Part shown: one piece after another, positions 45,460 through 56,121 of the stretch
Numbering within the stretch: the stretch's first letter is position 1
Layout: each line of letters begins with the position of its first letter
NCBI GenBank assembly: GCA_947632565.1
Contig: CANRPT010000001.1
Span: forward strand, 19,585 to 83,584
Source: an uncultured Bacilli bacterium
Lineage (GTDB): Bacteria > Bacillota_I > Bacilli_A > RF39 > UBA660
Reading direction: 5' to 3'
Length of the DNA: 64,000 nt
Notes under the pieces: generated by a model
The model's input: the letters and a program-made list of their open reading frames with translations, nothing else
Databases searched by the model: none
What the model was told of the DNA's origin: nothing
Position numbers and translations under genes: made by a program

Positions 45460-47454
45460 TTATGAAGCTACTTTGGTATTTTCTAAGATTTCATCAAATA
45501 CGGGATCTGTAGCAGTTGGTTCGGTTCCTCTTACATAGTACATAATTCGTTTTTTTTCATCATTTTCCGTAGCTGGTTTTCCCGTAATTGGGTTTACTAA
45601 TACTCCTACTACATTGTTTGGTTGTTTATACCAAGTGTTTTCTTTCCCTTCTAGATATCCTTCCATTGCTTCTACCCAGATATTTCTAGAATATTTATAA
45701 TCATTCGCACCTAAAAAGGTATTATCATCATAACCAATCCAGACCGCTGTTACAATCTCAGGGTTATAACCAATAGACCAGTGATCGGTGTCGGTTGTTC
45801 CACTTTTTAAAGCCAGTTTATGCTTCATTTTAGGAGCGATTCCTATGGCTGTTGGGTAGTTATAATCAATAAAAGTAGAGTCATAGGTTGTAGTTAGTAA
45901 ATCACTTAAGATGAAAGTTAAACTTTTGTTTAAGATGGTATTATTACTAATCTTTTTTTCGTATAGAATATTTCCTCTTAAATCTTCCACTTTTGAAATG
46001 AAATGTCCTTCTACTTTTGTTCCTTCATTGGCAAAAGCAGCATATGCTTGTACCATTTCTATCATATTGATACTAGCGGTTCCTAGTGGTAGAGAAGGAA
46101 CTGCATCTAATTGGGAAGTTATTCCCAGTCTTCTAGATATATCAACTAATGTATCCTCTCCTAAAAACATATGAGTTTTGACAGCATAAATGTTATCCGA
46201 ATAAGAAATCGCAGTAGCTAGTGAAATTGGCTTGTTTCCATATTGCCCTCCATAGTTTTGAGGAGAGTAGGTTTTATTATTGGAGAAAGTAAAAGTTGTT
46301 TCTTCACTCGTAAAAGTAGTACTAGAAGTAAATCCGTTTTCTAAAGCAGCATAATATAGAAGCGGTTTCATGGCAGAACCTACTTGTCTTTTCGATTGAT
46401 AGGCTCTATTATATTGACTTACACTGTAATCTTTTCCTCCTACTAAAGCAATAATTTTTCCTGTTTTTGGATCCATCATGATACTTGCTACTTGTAGATC
46501 TTTTTCTGTTGTTAGATTCTTTTTTACACTGTCTTCTAGTATTTTTTGAGCATTTTGATCTAGATTTGTATAAATTCTAATTCCACCGGTTTCTAAATAA
46601 GAATCTGGAATTTCTTTTAGTTCTCTTAATTCTCTCATAACGGCATCTTGATAGTACATGATAGTGGATAGGTCTTGATAATTTTTTTCTCCTACAATAT
46701 TTAGCGGTTCTTCTACTGCTTGGTTGTATTCTTCTTCGGTAATTTTTTTGTTTTTATATAATCCGTATAGAATATTGACTTGTCTTTTTTTGGCTATGTC
46801 GTAATTGACAAGGGGAGAATAATTGGATGGTGATTTGGGAATTCCCACTAACATTGTTGCTTCTGCTAGCGTTAAATCTTTGGCATCTTTATCAAAATAA
46901 AAATGACTAGCATTTTGAATTCCATACATTCCGTGTCCATAGTTGATTGTATTTAAATAACCTTCTAGAATTTCTGCTTTGCTGTAACCTACTTCTAATT
47001 TTAGGGTAAGCCACATTTCATTTAATTTTCTTTCCCAGGTTTTATCAAAATCTAAGAAAAGGTTTTTCGCATATTGTTGTGTAATGGTGGAAGCACCTTG
47101 CTTGGTTTTCCCAGAGATAATATTAATATATAAAGCTTTTAGGATTCTTAAAGGATCAAACCCAAAGTGTTCATAAAAATGTTTATCTTCTGTATTGATG
47201 GTTGCATCAATTACATTTTGTGAAATGTTTTCGAGACTTACCCATTCTTGAGAGCCACTTCCTTGAAAGAATAGTTCTTCCTCCTTGTCGTACATTAGAA
47301 AAGCATTTGCTGATTTGATTTCTAAACGAGGAGACATTTTAATATATAAAATGGCACTTGCAAATAAGGCAATTCCTAAAGCAATGAGTAAACAAAATAT
47401 TTTGAAGATTAATTTTAATCTTTTTTTTGTTTTCTTTGTTTTTCTTTTTTTCAT
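45460..47454 (-). CDS. Class A penicillin-binding protein (glycosyltransferase + transpeptidase)
   Basis: GT51 motifs EDKHFYEHFGFD and GASTITQQYAKN. Transpeptidase motifs SAMKP (SxxK), SDN and KSGTT. N-terminal anchor. Confidence 0.93.
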   Translation of the reverse strand: MKKRKTKKTKKRLKLIFKIFCLLIALGIALFASAILYIKMSPRLEIKSANAFLMYDKEEELFFQGSGSQEWVSLENISQNVIDATINTEDKHFYEHFGFDPLRILKALYINIISGKTKQGASTITQQYAKNLFLDFDKTWERKLNEMWLTLKLEVGYSKAEILEGYLNTINYGHGMYGIQNASHFYFDKDAKDLTLAEATMLVGIPKSPSNYSPLVNYDIAKKRQVNILYGLYKNKKITEEEYNQAVEEPLNIVGEKNYQDLSTIMYYQDAVMRELRELKEIPDSYLETGGIRIYTNLDQNAQKILEDSVKKNLTTEKDLQVASIMMDPKTGKIIALVGGKDYSVSQYNRAYQSKRQVGSAMKPLLYYAALENGFTSSTTFTSEETTFTFSNNKTYSPQNYGGQYGNKPISLATAISYSDNIYAVKTHMFLGEDTLVDISRRLGITSQLDAVPSLPLGTASINMIEMVQAYAAFANEGTKVEGHFISKVEDLRGNILYEKKISNNTILNKSLTFILSDLLTTTYDSTFIDYNYPTAIGIAPKMKHKLALKSGTTDTDHWSIGYNPEIVTAVWIGYDDNTFLGANDYKYSRNIWVEAMEGYLEGKENTWYKQPNNVVGVLVNPITGKPATENDEKKRIMYYVRGTEPTATDPVFDEILENTKVAS

Positions 47455-47579
47455 ATGATTCTTCCTATTCTAATTTTAGTATGAAAAAAAATAGGAAAAG
47501 TATGTAAAACGTTTTGAAAAATTGCTTTTTTAGGAAAAAAATGCTAAGATATAAAAACATTATGAAAGGAGAGTACTTT

Positions 47580-49052
47580 ATGGGAAGTAGTGATAAAATT
47601 TTTGAAAAAAGTTATTATGAACAGATGTCTGACTCTAATTTTTTGTGTATTTTGTTGAGAAAAAATACTCCTATTTTTGAAAAAGATTTTATCATCGAAC
47701 ATTTTTCAAATCGTATTTCTCAAATGAATAATTTAGTAATTTGTGCTTTTTTAGGAAGATTGGAAGATGAATTGTGTCAAAAATATTCTAACTTTATTCA
47801 GAAATTACTTTCTTCTCTTTCTTTGGATGATATTTTGTATATTTTGACTTTACATTTAGATTCTCCTATTGTTTCTGCTTTTTTTCATCTTCATTTTTTG
47901 CAAAATAATCCCTGTTATGAACTTTTTTTCGTTGTTTACGAGTTAAAGAAACTTGCTAAGGTAAGAAAGAGTAAGATAAAAGAAATCATCACTGATGAAG
48001 AGATGCAAGGTTATGAAGAAATTATTTTGAATGGATTTCGTAGTTTTTCTTGTTTTCCTCAATTATTTCAAATTATATTAGATGAATATATGAAATTATT
48101 AAAATATTTTCCAAAGTGTAAAAATGATTTTGTAAAAAGAGGGTATCTTATTATTGATGATTATATGGAAAAAAATCTTCCTCTTAATTCTCAAATGATT
48201 TTATTTGATGGTTATGTGATGAAAGAAAGATTAGGTATTAAAAAACTTCGTTCTTTTGACTTTTATTCTAGAACTAATGATGTGATTATGGCAGATTATT
48301 CTTCTTTTTATCATTCTATCAGTTTGAATCAAAAAGCTATTGATTTTGTATATCGTGATTTTTCTAGTATCAGGATTGCTGATATCTTTATATTATTTGT
48401 TTTAGGACATGAGCTAGGTCACGCTTGGTATGATGAAAATTATTCTAAATATCAAAATAAAACTATTCAAAATAATCCGGTAAAATATTTACAAATTGTT
48501 TCTTCTTTATGTTCTGAAAAAATAACTAGTGTATTAGGACATGAATATTATCTTCAAAATCATGACTGTTTTGTTCATGAATATCTTGCAGATATTTTTG
48601 GCCTTCAAACTTTATATGATAGATATTCATTTTTCCCTCATCTTTCTGTATCTGATAAGATGAAAATAAATCAGCTTTGTGCCCAAAGATTTTTTTATAA
48701 AACCGGTTGTCAAAATGATTTTAAGGGACAATATCTTTCTCCTGTTGTATTTACTCAGAATAGTTATGATGAAAGAAAAAATCAAATTATGGAAAAAAGT
48801 GAATTTTTGTATATTGATGAACTTTTAGAAATGATTAGAACAAAACAAAATAATTTAACAGAATATGAGAAATTTTTATTAGGATATGATAATTCTTATA
48901 CCGAAATTTTAAAAATGATTGCAGATGGACATTTAAAATCTGTTCATTTATTGGAAGATATTTTAAAATATTATGATTTGATTTTTCATTCTTTCTCTGA
49001 ATCCAAATCTGAAAACATAGTAAAAGAAAAACAATATGTAAAACATCTTTAA
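47580..49052 (+). CDS. Hypothetical protein with an HExxH zinc-metallopeptidase motif
   Basis: FVLGHELGHAWYD, and a later HEYLADIFG. ATG at 47580 after AAAGGAGAG. Confidence 0.5.
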   Translation: MGSSDKIFEKSYYEQMSDSNFLCILLRKNTPIFEKDFIIEHFSNRISQMNNLVICAFLGRLEDELCQKYSNFIQKLLSSLSLDDILYILTLHLDSPIVSAFFHLHFLQNNPCYELFFVVYELKKLAKVRKSKIKEIITDEEMQGYEEIILNGFRSFSCFPQLFQIILDEYMKLLKYFPKCKNDFVKRGYLIIDDYMEKNLPLNSQMILFDGYVMKERLGIKKLRSFDFYSRTNDVIMADYSSFYHSISLNQKAIDFVYRDFSSIRIADIFILFVLGHELGHAWYDENYSKYQNKTIQNNPVKYLQIVSSLCSEKITSVLGHEYYLQNHDCFVHEYLADIFGLQTLYDRYSFFPHLSVSDKMKINQLCAQRFFYKTGCQNDFKGQYLSPVVFTQNSYDERKNQIMEKSEFLYIDELLEMIRTKQNNLTEYEKFLLGYDNSYTEILKMIADGHLKSVHLLEDILKYYDLIFHSFSESKSENIVKEKQYVKHL

Positions 49053-49132
49053 TTTCCGATTGTTTTCTCTGAAAAAAATAATTTGCATTTATATGATCTT
49101 ATGTTATAATCTGTCTTAGAAATTCAAATGGG

Positions 49133-49504
49133 ATGAAAAAGATGAAGAAAAGGAAAATACATATTACTTTCAGGACCAATTCTTATGATACAGAATATAA
49201 TTTATTAGGAGAATATGATAAAGAGCATAACATTTTGACTTATTTCGAAAATTCTTCTTTGGTAACGAAAGTAACAATTGATTTGAATCAACAAGAATTG
49301 AGGAGAGATAATAAAGATTATCAGCTCATTTATCACTTTTTGGAAAATGAAGTAACCGATAATTCTATTTTTCTGAAAGAGATGAATCAGGAATTGTGTT
49401 TAAAACTAAAAACAAAAAAATTTTCTTTTTCTCAAAATAAATTGGAAATCATTTATATCTTATTAGATAGTGAAGAAAAAGTAATTTATCAAATCGAGTT
49501 TTAG
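49133..49504 (+). CDS. DUF1934 (YwiB-like) protein
   Basis: 123-aa beta-rich small protein immediately upstream of argS, as ywiB is in Bacillus. Sequence-level assignment is from memory only. Confidence 0.5.
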   Translation: MKKMKKRKIHITFRTNSYDTEYNLLGEYDKEHNILTYFENSSLVTKVTIDLNQQELRRDNKDYQLIYHFLENEVTDNSIFLKEMNQELCLKLKTKKFSFSQNKLEIIYILLDSEEKVIYQIEF

Positions 49505-49512
49505 GAGGAAAT

Positions 49513-51261
49513 ATGAGTATTATCAAAAACGTAGAAGAACAAATCAAAAAACATATTCAAGATGCTGGTTATTCATTAGAAACTGTTATTTTAGAACCAA
49601 CTAGTAGAAAAGATTTAGGAGAATATCAAATTAATAGTGCTTTTACTTTAGCCAAAGAAAATCACTGTAACCCAAGAGAAGTTGCAGAAAAAATTGTATT
49701 AGAATTACAGAAAAATCCTATTTTTATGAATCTTAATATTGCTGGAGCTGGATTTATTAATTTAAGTTTTTCAGATTCTTTTTATGTCGAAAGTATGAAT
49801 CAAATTTTGAATGATATTTCTGCTAATATAGATCAATTTTCTGAACCTAAAACTATTTTTATGGATTATGGAGGTGCCAATATTGCCAAAACATTGCATG
49901 TTGGGCATTTAAGAAGTGCGGATATTGGGGAAGCTATCAAAAGACTTACCAAATTATTAGGACATCATGTGATTAGTGATGTACATTTTGGAGATATTGG
50001 TAGACAATCGGGAATGGTTATTTATGAAATCATGCAAAGATATCCTCATCTTTCTTATTTTCAAGAAGATTATCAAGGGGAAGAAGAATCATTACCAATT
50101 ACCGTAGAAGATTTACAAGAAATTTATCCTACTGCTTCTGAAAAAGCGAAAAATAGTGAAGAAGTTATGGAGAAAGTTCGTGAAATTACGATTGCGATTG
50201 AAAATGGTCATCGTGGTTATACCGCTTTATGGAATCAAATTAAAAAATTATCGATTCAAGATATCAAAGGAATATACCAAAGATTAAATACTACTTTTGA
50301 TTTATATGAAGGAGAAACAGACTGCTATCCTTATATTCCAGAAATGATTCAAATTTTAAAAGAGAAAAATTTACTTCGTGAAAGTGAAGGAGCTTGGGTT
50401 GTAGATGTAGTAGAAGAAACCGATACGGAACCAATGCCACCTCTTGTGGTATTAAAAGCCAATGGTGGGACTGTGTATCAAACGAGAGAATTAGCTACGA
50501 TTTTATCTCGACAAAAACGATTTTCTCCAGATGAAATCTGGTATTTTACCGATAATAGACAAGAACTATATTTTAAACAGGTCTTTCGTGTTGCGAAAAA
50601 AGCGGGATTGGTTCCTGATTCTACAAAATTAGAATTTTTTGGATTTGGAACCATGAATGGGAGTGATGGTAAACCATTTAAAACAAGAGCTGGTGGAGTC
50701 ATGAATCTTGTGGATTTAATGAATATGGTCAAAGAGATTACTGCTAGTAAAATTAATATGAATTTGGTAAAAGAAGAAGAAAAAGATCTGATTAGTGAAA
50801 AAATATCCATTGCTGCTTTAAAATATGCAGACTTTTTACCATATCGTAGTAAAGATTTTATTTTTGATACCAGTAAATTTGCAGATTTAGAGGGAAAAAC
50901 AGGACCTTATTTACTTTATTCTACTGTAAGAATCAAATCTTTATTAGAAAAATCAGGAATCGATTCTTCTTCTTTCCAAATTAAAAAAATAAATGGTGAA
51001 ACGATGAAAGAAGTCATCCGTACTCTTTTGGAATTACCTGTTGTTTTAAAAAAATCTTATGAAAGTAAATCTTTGACTGATATTGCTGATTACTTATATC
51101 GACTAACTAGTAACTATAATAAATTTTATGCCGAAAATCATATTTTAACCTGTTTAGACCAGGATTTAAAAGAGTCTTGGTTAGCTTTATCCAAATTAGT
51201 TCGAGATACCAATATTTTACTTTTAGATACCTTGGCAATAGAAGTTCCAGAAAAAATGTAA
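49513..51261 (+). CDS. argS: Arginine--tRNA ligase
   Basis: ANIAKTLHVGHLRS (HIGH region), class I architecture, C-terminal DALR-like anticodon-binding domain. Confidence 0.93.
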   Translation: MSIIKNVEEQIKKHIQDAGYSLETVILEPTSRKDLGEYQINSAFTLAKENHCNPREVAEKIVLELQKNPIFMNLNIAGAGFINLSFSDSFYVESMNQILNDISANIDQFSEPKTIFMDYGGANIAKTLHVGHLRSADIGEAIKRLTKLLGHHVISDVHFGDIGRQSGMVIYEIMQRYPHLSYFQEDYQGEEESLPITVEDLQEIYPTASEKAKNSEEVMEKVREITIAIENGHRGYTALWNQIKKLSIQDIKGIYQRLNTTFDLYEGETDCYPYIPEMIQILKEKNLLRESEGAWVVDVVEETDTEPMPPLVVLKANGGTVYQTRELATILSRQKRFSPDEIWYFTDNRQELYFKQVFRVAKKAGLVPDSTKLEFFGFGTMNGSDGKPFKTRAGGVMNLVDLMNMVKEITASKINMNLVKEEEKDLISEKISIAALKYADFLPYRSKDFIFDTSKFADLEGKTGPYLLYSTVRIKSLLEKSGIDSSSFQIKKINGETMKEVIRTLLELPVVLKKSYESKSLTDIADYLYRLTSNYNKFYAENHILTCLDQDLKESWLALSKLVRDTNILLLDTLAIEVPEKM

Positions 51262-51267
51262 AAAATG

Positions 51268-51296
51268 TTGCATTTTATATGGAATAATGATATAAG
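51268..51296 (+). promoter_or_regulatory. Putative sigma-A promoter of rpoE
   Basis: TTGCAT (51268-51273), 17-bp spacer, TATAAG (51291-51296). It shares about a 20-nt block ATGTAAAAA(A)TGTTGCATTTT with the spoVG promoter. Confidence 0.5.
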
Positions 51297-51329
51297 TTTA
51301 AATGATAAAAAGAAAGAGAGATTTTAATT

Positions 51330-51761
51330 ATGAGTATAAAAGATATGAGCAGAGATGATTTAGAATTATTATCCAATAAGGATATTACGAATTTATTATT
51401 AGAAGAAAAAGGAAAACAGTCTACTACCGAATTATTCCAAAAGATTATTGAACTATTAGATTTGCCAAAGAGTACTTTTGATCAAAAAATTGGAGATTTT
51501 TATACTTCTTTAACAACTGATAAAAGATTTATTTTGCTAGAAGATGGTACTTGGGATTTAAGAAGTAGACATACATCTGATAGAGTAATTCAAGTAGAGG
51601 AAGAGGATGAAGAAGAGGAAGAAATAGAAGAAGAAGAGGAAGAAGAAATCGAAGAGGATTTTGATTCTACATTAAATGATGAGGATGACATTGATGATGG
51701 AGACGATGATTTAAAAGATTTAGTAGTCTTAGATGAGGATGATATGGAAGTAGAACAGTAG
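51330..51761 (+). CDS. rpoE: DNA-directed RNA polymerase delta subunit
   Basis: N-terminal HARE-HTH-like domain (FYTSLTTDKRFILLEDGTWDLR) and a poly-acidic C-terminal tail. Confidence 0.88.
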   Translation: MSIKDMSRDDLELLSNKDITNLLLEEKGKQSTTELFQKIIELLDLPKSTFDQKIGDFYTSLTTDKRFILLEDGTWDLRSRHTSDRVIQVEEEDEEEEEIEEEEEEEIEEDFDSTLNDEDDIDDGDDDLKDLVVLDEDDMEVEQ

Positions 51762-51810
51762 TTCTCTTTTTCTTTTAGAAATGATATAATGAAGTAGTAA
51801 AGGTGGTTCT

Positions 51811-52815
51811 ATGAAATTTATTGAAAGAATAAAAGAAGAAGCAAAGAAAAAAAAGATGAGAATTATTCTTCCTGAATCGATGGATGAAAGGATATTAGAA
51901 GCTGCTTCTATTATTTACCAGGAAAAAATAGCTGATATTATTTTAATTGGAGATGAAAAAGTTTTAAAAACAAATAAAAAGCTATCTGGAATAACTATTA
52001 TTAATCCTATTACTAGTAATTTAACGGAAAATTATGTAAATCAATTATATGACTTACGAAGAGAAAAAGGAATGACAAAAGAAGAAGCACGAACATTGTT
52101 AATAGAAGATTATATGTATTTTGCTTGTATGCTTGTTTTGAATCATCAAGCAGATGGGATTGTGAGTGGAGCATGTCATTCTTCTAGTAATACATTACGA
52201 CCTGCTCTTCAACTAATTAAAACTTTACCTGGTACTAAATTAGTTTCTGGATTCTTTTGGATGGATGTACCGAATAATAACTATGGAGAAAATGGTTTAT
52301 TCCTATTTGCAGATTGTGGGTTAAATCAAAATCCGACTAGTAGTGAATTAGCAGAAATTAGTGGTACTAGTGCTAAAACATTTGAAGAATTTTTAGGAAA
52401 AGTTCCTTATGTTGCTCTCTTATCTCATTCTACTAAGAGAAGTGCAAGGCATGAAAATGTAGAAAAGGTTGTTTTGGCAACAAAAATTGCTCAAGAAAAA
52501 TATCCACAATATTATATTGATGGAGAATTACAGTTAGATAGTGCGATTGTTCCAGAAGTGGCAAAAATGAAAGCGCCCGATAGTAAAGTGGCAGGGAAAG
52601 CGAATGTTTTAATCTTTCCAGATTTAGATAGTGGCAATATTGGTTATAAATTAGTTCAAAGATTGGCAGGAGCAGAAGCATATGGACCTTTAACACAAGG
52701 AATGCGATATCCCGTAAATGATTTATCTAGAGGTTGTAGTGTAGATGATATTGTCGGGGTTGTGGCAATTACTGTAGTGCAGGCACAAAAAAATATACAA
52801 AATCAAGAAAAGTGA
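51811..52815 (+). CDS. pta: Phosphate acetyltransferase
   Basis: RIILPES.DERILEAA, ADGIVSGA.HSS, DCG.N.NP, DLDSGNIGYKL. Confidence 0.93.
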   Translation: MKFIERIKEEAKKKKMRIILPESMDERILEAASIIYQEKIADIILIGDEKVLKTNKKLSGITIINPITSNLTENYVNQLYDLRREKGMTKEEARTLLIEDYMYFACMLVLNHQADGIVSGACHSSSNTLRPALQLIKTLPGTKLVSGFFWMDVPNNNYGENGLFLFADCGLNQNPTSSELAEISGTSAKTFEEFLGKVPYVALLSHSTKRSARHENVEKVVLATKIAQEKYPQYYIDGELQLDSAIVPEVAKMKAPDSKVAGKANVLIFPDLDSGNIGYKLVQRLAGAEAYGPLTQGMRYPVNDLSRGCSVDDIVGVVAITVVQAQKNIQNQEK

Positions 52816-52911
52816 TATAATAAAGATTATTGAAATATCCCTAGTTAGTAGGTTTGTTACCAAAAATCTTATATATTTATTATGAAACTTGTTTAGAATA
52901 GGTGGTGTTTT

Positions 52912-53358
52912 ATGAAAAATAGAATTTTAATGTTAAAATATAATGCTGCATTGGTACAAAATCAAATTCGTTTAGAAAAAGAATTAAAAATGGTAAAAGA
53001 GGAAATTGAACAGCAGCAGAAATCCTGTAATCATATCAAAGTTATTTTAGGGTTTCATGGTTCTTATCCTTATCGTGATACCGTAGAAGAAATGTGTTTA
53101 TTTTGTGGAGAAAAAGTATTAGATCCTTATCTTCCTTGTATTGATGCTACTTATTATAAAAAAATACGTTATTCCAATGGAGCAACGGAAGAACAAAGAT
53201 TAGGCAGACTTCAAGAAATTCGTAATTTATGGCTTCAATATGCGAATCAAAATCCTACTCTTCATGAGGATGAAATATTAGAAAAAGTAAAAGAAGACGT
53301 TCGTAGTGATCAAGAAAAAATCAAAGTATTGGAAAGAAAATTAAATTACACTTTTTAA
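52912..53358 (+). CDS. Hypothetical coiled-coil + Cys-cluster protein, paralogue of 44369
   Basis: KSCNHIKV...MCLFCGEKV. Same layout as 44369..44980. Confidence 0.55.
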   Translation: MKNRILMLKYNAALVQNQIRLEKELKMVKEEIEQQQKSCNHIKVILGFHGSYPYRDTVEEMCLFCGEKVLDPYLPCIDATYYKKIRYSNGATEEQRLGRLQEIRNLWLQYANQNPTLHEDEILEKVKEDVRSDQEKIKVLERKLNYTF

Positions 53359-53385
53359 TACCAGAAAATAGAAAGGATTGATTTT

Positions 53386-54450
53386 ATGATAGGAAGATTA
53401 GAAGTCATCGAAAAGAAATATCAAGAATTGCAGGATGAATTAGCGAAACCAGAAATATATAATGACAGAAACAAAATGAAATCTTTATCCAAAGAAGCTA
53501 GTGATTTAGAGGAAACTGTTCATACTTTTCATGAATATCAAAAAGTACTTACCGATATTATTGATACGGAAGATATGGTAAAAGATCCTGAAATGGGAGA
53601 ATTAGCGAAAGAAGAATTAGTATCTTTAGAAGAACAGAAAAAGAATTTGGAAGAGAAATTAGAAATTTTATTAATTCCAAAAGATCCTAATGATGATAAA
53701 AATGTTATTGTAGAAATACGTGGAGCTGCTGGTGGGGATGAAGCTAATATTTTTGCTGGAGATTTATATCGCATGTATTCTAGATATGCCGAGAAACAAG
53801 GATTTAAGACAGAATTAATTAATGCAGAAGAAGGAGAAGCTGGAGGATTTTCTCAAATTGAATTTATGGTAAAGGGGGATGGGGCTTACTCTAAATTAAA
53901 GTATGAGAGTGGTTCTCATCGTGTCCAAAGAGTTCCTGAAACAGAATCACAAGGAAGAATTCAAACTTCTACAGCTACTGTACTTGTAATGCCGGAAGCA
54001 GAAGATGTTAATATTGAAATTAATCCAAGTGATTTAAGAATTGATATTTATCGTTCTAGTGGATGTGGGGGACAAGGAGTCAATACTACGGATTCCGCAG
54101 TTCGAATTACCCATCTTCCTACGAATACGGTTGTTACTTGTCAAAATGAAAGAAGTCAAATTCAAAATAAAGAACAAGCTATGAAAGTATTAAAGGCTAG
54201 ACTTTATGAACAAGAACTACAAAAACAGGAAGAAGAATTAGGAGCAGAAAGAAGAAACAAGATTGGAACAGGAAATCGAGCTGAAAAAATTAGAACTTAT
54301 AATTATCCTCAAAATCGTGTAACGGATCATCGAATTGGTTATACCACTAATAATTTAGATCGTATTATGAATGGTAGCTTAGAAGAATTGATTGAAGCCT
54401 TAATTGCCGAAGATCAAAAGAGAAAATTAATGGGGGATTCTGATGAATAA
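53386..54450 (+). CDS. prfA: Peptide chain release factor 1
   Basis: PET tripeptide region ([12 protein letters not shown]) and GGQ motif ([10 protein letters not shown]). Confidence 0.97.
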   Translation: MIGRLEVIEKKYQELQDELAKPEIYNDRNKMKSLSKEASDLEETVHTFHEYQKVLTDIIDTEDMVKDPEMGELAKEELVSLEEQKKNLEEKLEILLIPKDPNDDKNVIVEIRGAAGGDEANIFAGDLYRMYSRYAEKQGFKTELINAEEGEAGGFSQIEFMVKGDGAYSKLKYESGSHRVQRVPETESQGRIQTSTATVLVMPEAEDVNIEINPSDLRIDIYRSSGCGGQGVNTTDSAVRITHLPTNTVVTCQNERSQIQNKEQAMKVLKARLYEQELQKQEEELGAERRNKIGTGNRAEKIRTYNYPQNRVTDHRIGYTTNNLDRIMNGSLEELIEALIAEDQKRKLMGDSDE

Positions 54451-54676
54451 GCAAGAAGCGATTTGTTTAAGATGTGGAACGGTTCAAGTGCGAACCGATT
54501 TAGAAGAGATTGGAAATTTTCCTTATATGATTTTAGAAACTCCTATTTTATGTCCAAAATGTCGAATTCAAACGAGACATGTTGCTACCAAAGATATTAA
54601 AGTATTAAAAAAACAATTAGCAGATTCTATTTATAGACCTCTTGATATTCATATTTTTCATTTGATTAAGGAATAA
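54443..54676 (+). CDS. Small zinc-ribbon protein (77 aa) between prfA and prmC
   Basis: CLRCG...CPKC. Its start overlaps the prfA 3' end by 8 nt (54443-54450), and prmC starts 3 nt after its stop. Confidence 0.55.
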   Translation: MNKQEAICLRCGTVQVRTDLEEIGNFPYMILETPILCPKCRIQTRHVATKDIKVLKKQLADSIYRPLDIHIFHLIKE

Positions 54677-54678
54677 AT

Positions 54679-55500
54679 ATGACAGTAGAAGAACTTATTG
54701 TAGAAGGTAAAAAATATGTGCATTCTACCTTTGCAAAAATGATTTTAGCCGATTTATTAGGTGTCAGTACTCTTGAACTTCTTACGATTTTAAATCAAAA
54801 AGTAGAGGATTGTTTTATTCCGTTGTACCTGGAAAAGATTCAAAAATTAAAGGAAAATAAACCCATTCAATATGTATTAGGAAATGTTAATTTTTATGGA
54901 AATTCTTTTTTCGTAGATGAAAATGTTTTAATTCCAAGATTTGAAACAGAGGAGTTAGTAGAAAATACTATTTTTTATATCAATCAATTGTTTCCTAAAA
55001 AGGATTTAAAAGTCATTGATTTAGGTTGTGGCAGTGGCTGTATTGGGATTACTTTAAAGAAAAAAATTCCTTTTCTTGATGTTACTTTATTAGATATTAG
55101 TCCACTTGCTTTAGAAGTTGCTAGAAAAAATGCTAACAATTTAGGGGTTTCTGTTTCTTTTTTAGAAGGAGATATGTTGGAAAATATTTCTGAAAAATTT
55201 GATGTGATTATTTCGAATCCTCCTTATCTTTGTGATGCAGAAGAAATTGATTCTTTGGTATCTCAAAATGAACCACCTCTTGCTTTATATGGTGGAGAAG
55301 ATGGTTTAGATTATTATCGAAAGATTTTTTTGAAAGCTCCTTCTTGTGTTTCTTCTTCTTTTTTAATCGCCTTAGAAATTGGAGAAAATCAAAGGGAAGC
55401 AATTGTTACTTTAGCTAAAACTACTTTCCCAGCTGCTACGATTGAAGCAAAGAAAGATTTGCAGGGAAGAGATCGTATGATTTTTATTTTTCAAAGATAA
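54679..55500 (+). CDS. prmC: Release factor glutamine-N5 methyltransferase PrmC
   Basis: VLIPRFETE, DLGCGSGCIG, NPPY. Confidence 0.93.
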   Translation: MTVEELIVEGKKYVHSTFAKMILADLLGVSTLELLTILNQKVEDCFIPLYLEKIQKLKENKPIQYVLGNVNFYGNSFFVDENVLIPRFETEELVENTIFYINQLFPKKDLKVIDLGCGSGCIGITLKKKIPFLDVTLLDISPLALEVARKNANNLGVSVSFLEGDMLENISEKFDVIISNPPYLCDAEEIDSLVSQNEPPLALYGGEDGLDYYRKIFLKAPSCVSSSFLIALEIGENQREAIVTLAKTTFPAATIEAKKDLQGRDRMIFIFQR

Positions 55501-55561
55501 TTTATATTTTTGTATAAAATTTCAAAAATTCTATCATGATGTATTTAGAAAAGGTGATAGA

Positions 55562-56092
55562 ATGAAAAAAATGATTATTTTCATAAGTCTTATTTTAACC
55601 ATAGGTTTTTTGATGCAAAAGTCAGAAGAGGTTTTGATTCCAAAAGAAGCTATTCGCTTTCGTGTGATTGCCAATAGTAATAGTAAGGAAGATCAACATA
55701 CAAAAGTTTTAGTTCGTAATGAGATTCAAAAACAGATTGTGGAGGATGTTAAGGAGGTAAAACAATTATCAGATGCCAGATATCAACTTCAATCTAAGGT
55801 AGGAAAATACGAAGAGATCGTTGCAGATACTTTATTTACCAATCAAATCACTTCTCTTTACCAAGTTGATTATGGTCTTCATTATTTTCCTGAAAAGATT
55901 TATAAAGGTGTGAAATATCAAGAGGGTTATTATGAATCTTTGGTTGTTACCCTTGGTGATGGTTTAGGAGATAATTGGTGGTGTGTATTATTTCCACCTT
56001 TGTGTTTGTTGGAAGCAGAAGAAACCGAAGAGACAACAGAAGTAGAATATCGTTTTTTTATCAAAGAAATTATCGACAAATATTTGAAATAA
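55562..56092 (+). CDS. spoIIR: Stage II sporulation protein R
   Basis: Signal anchor, IRFRVIANSNSKEDQ, GDNWWCVLFPPLC. Confidence 0.88.
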   Translation: MKKMIIFISLILTIGFLMQKSEEVLIPKEAIRFRVIANSNSKEDQHTKVLVRNEIQKQIVEDVKEVKQLSDARYQLQSKVGKYEEIVADTLFTNQITSLYQVDYGLHYFPEKIYKGVKYQEGYYESLVVTLGDGLGDNWWCVLFPPLCLLEAEETEETTEVEYRFFIKEIIDKYLK

Positions 56093-56121
56093 ATCTATAA
56101 TAAATTTAAGAGGTGTTCATA

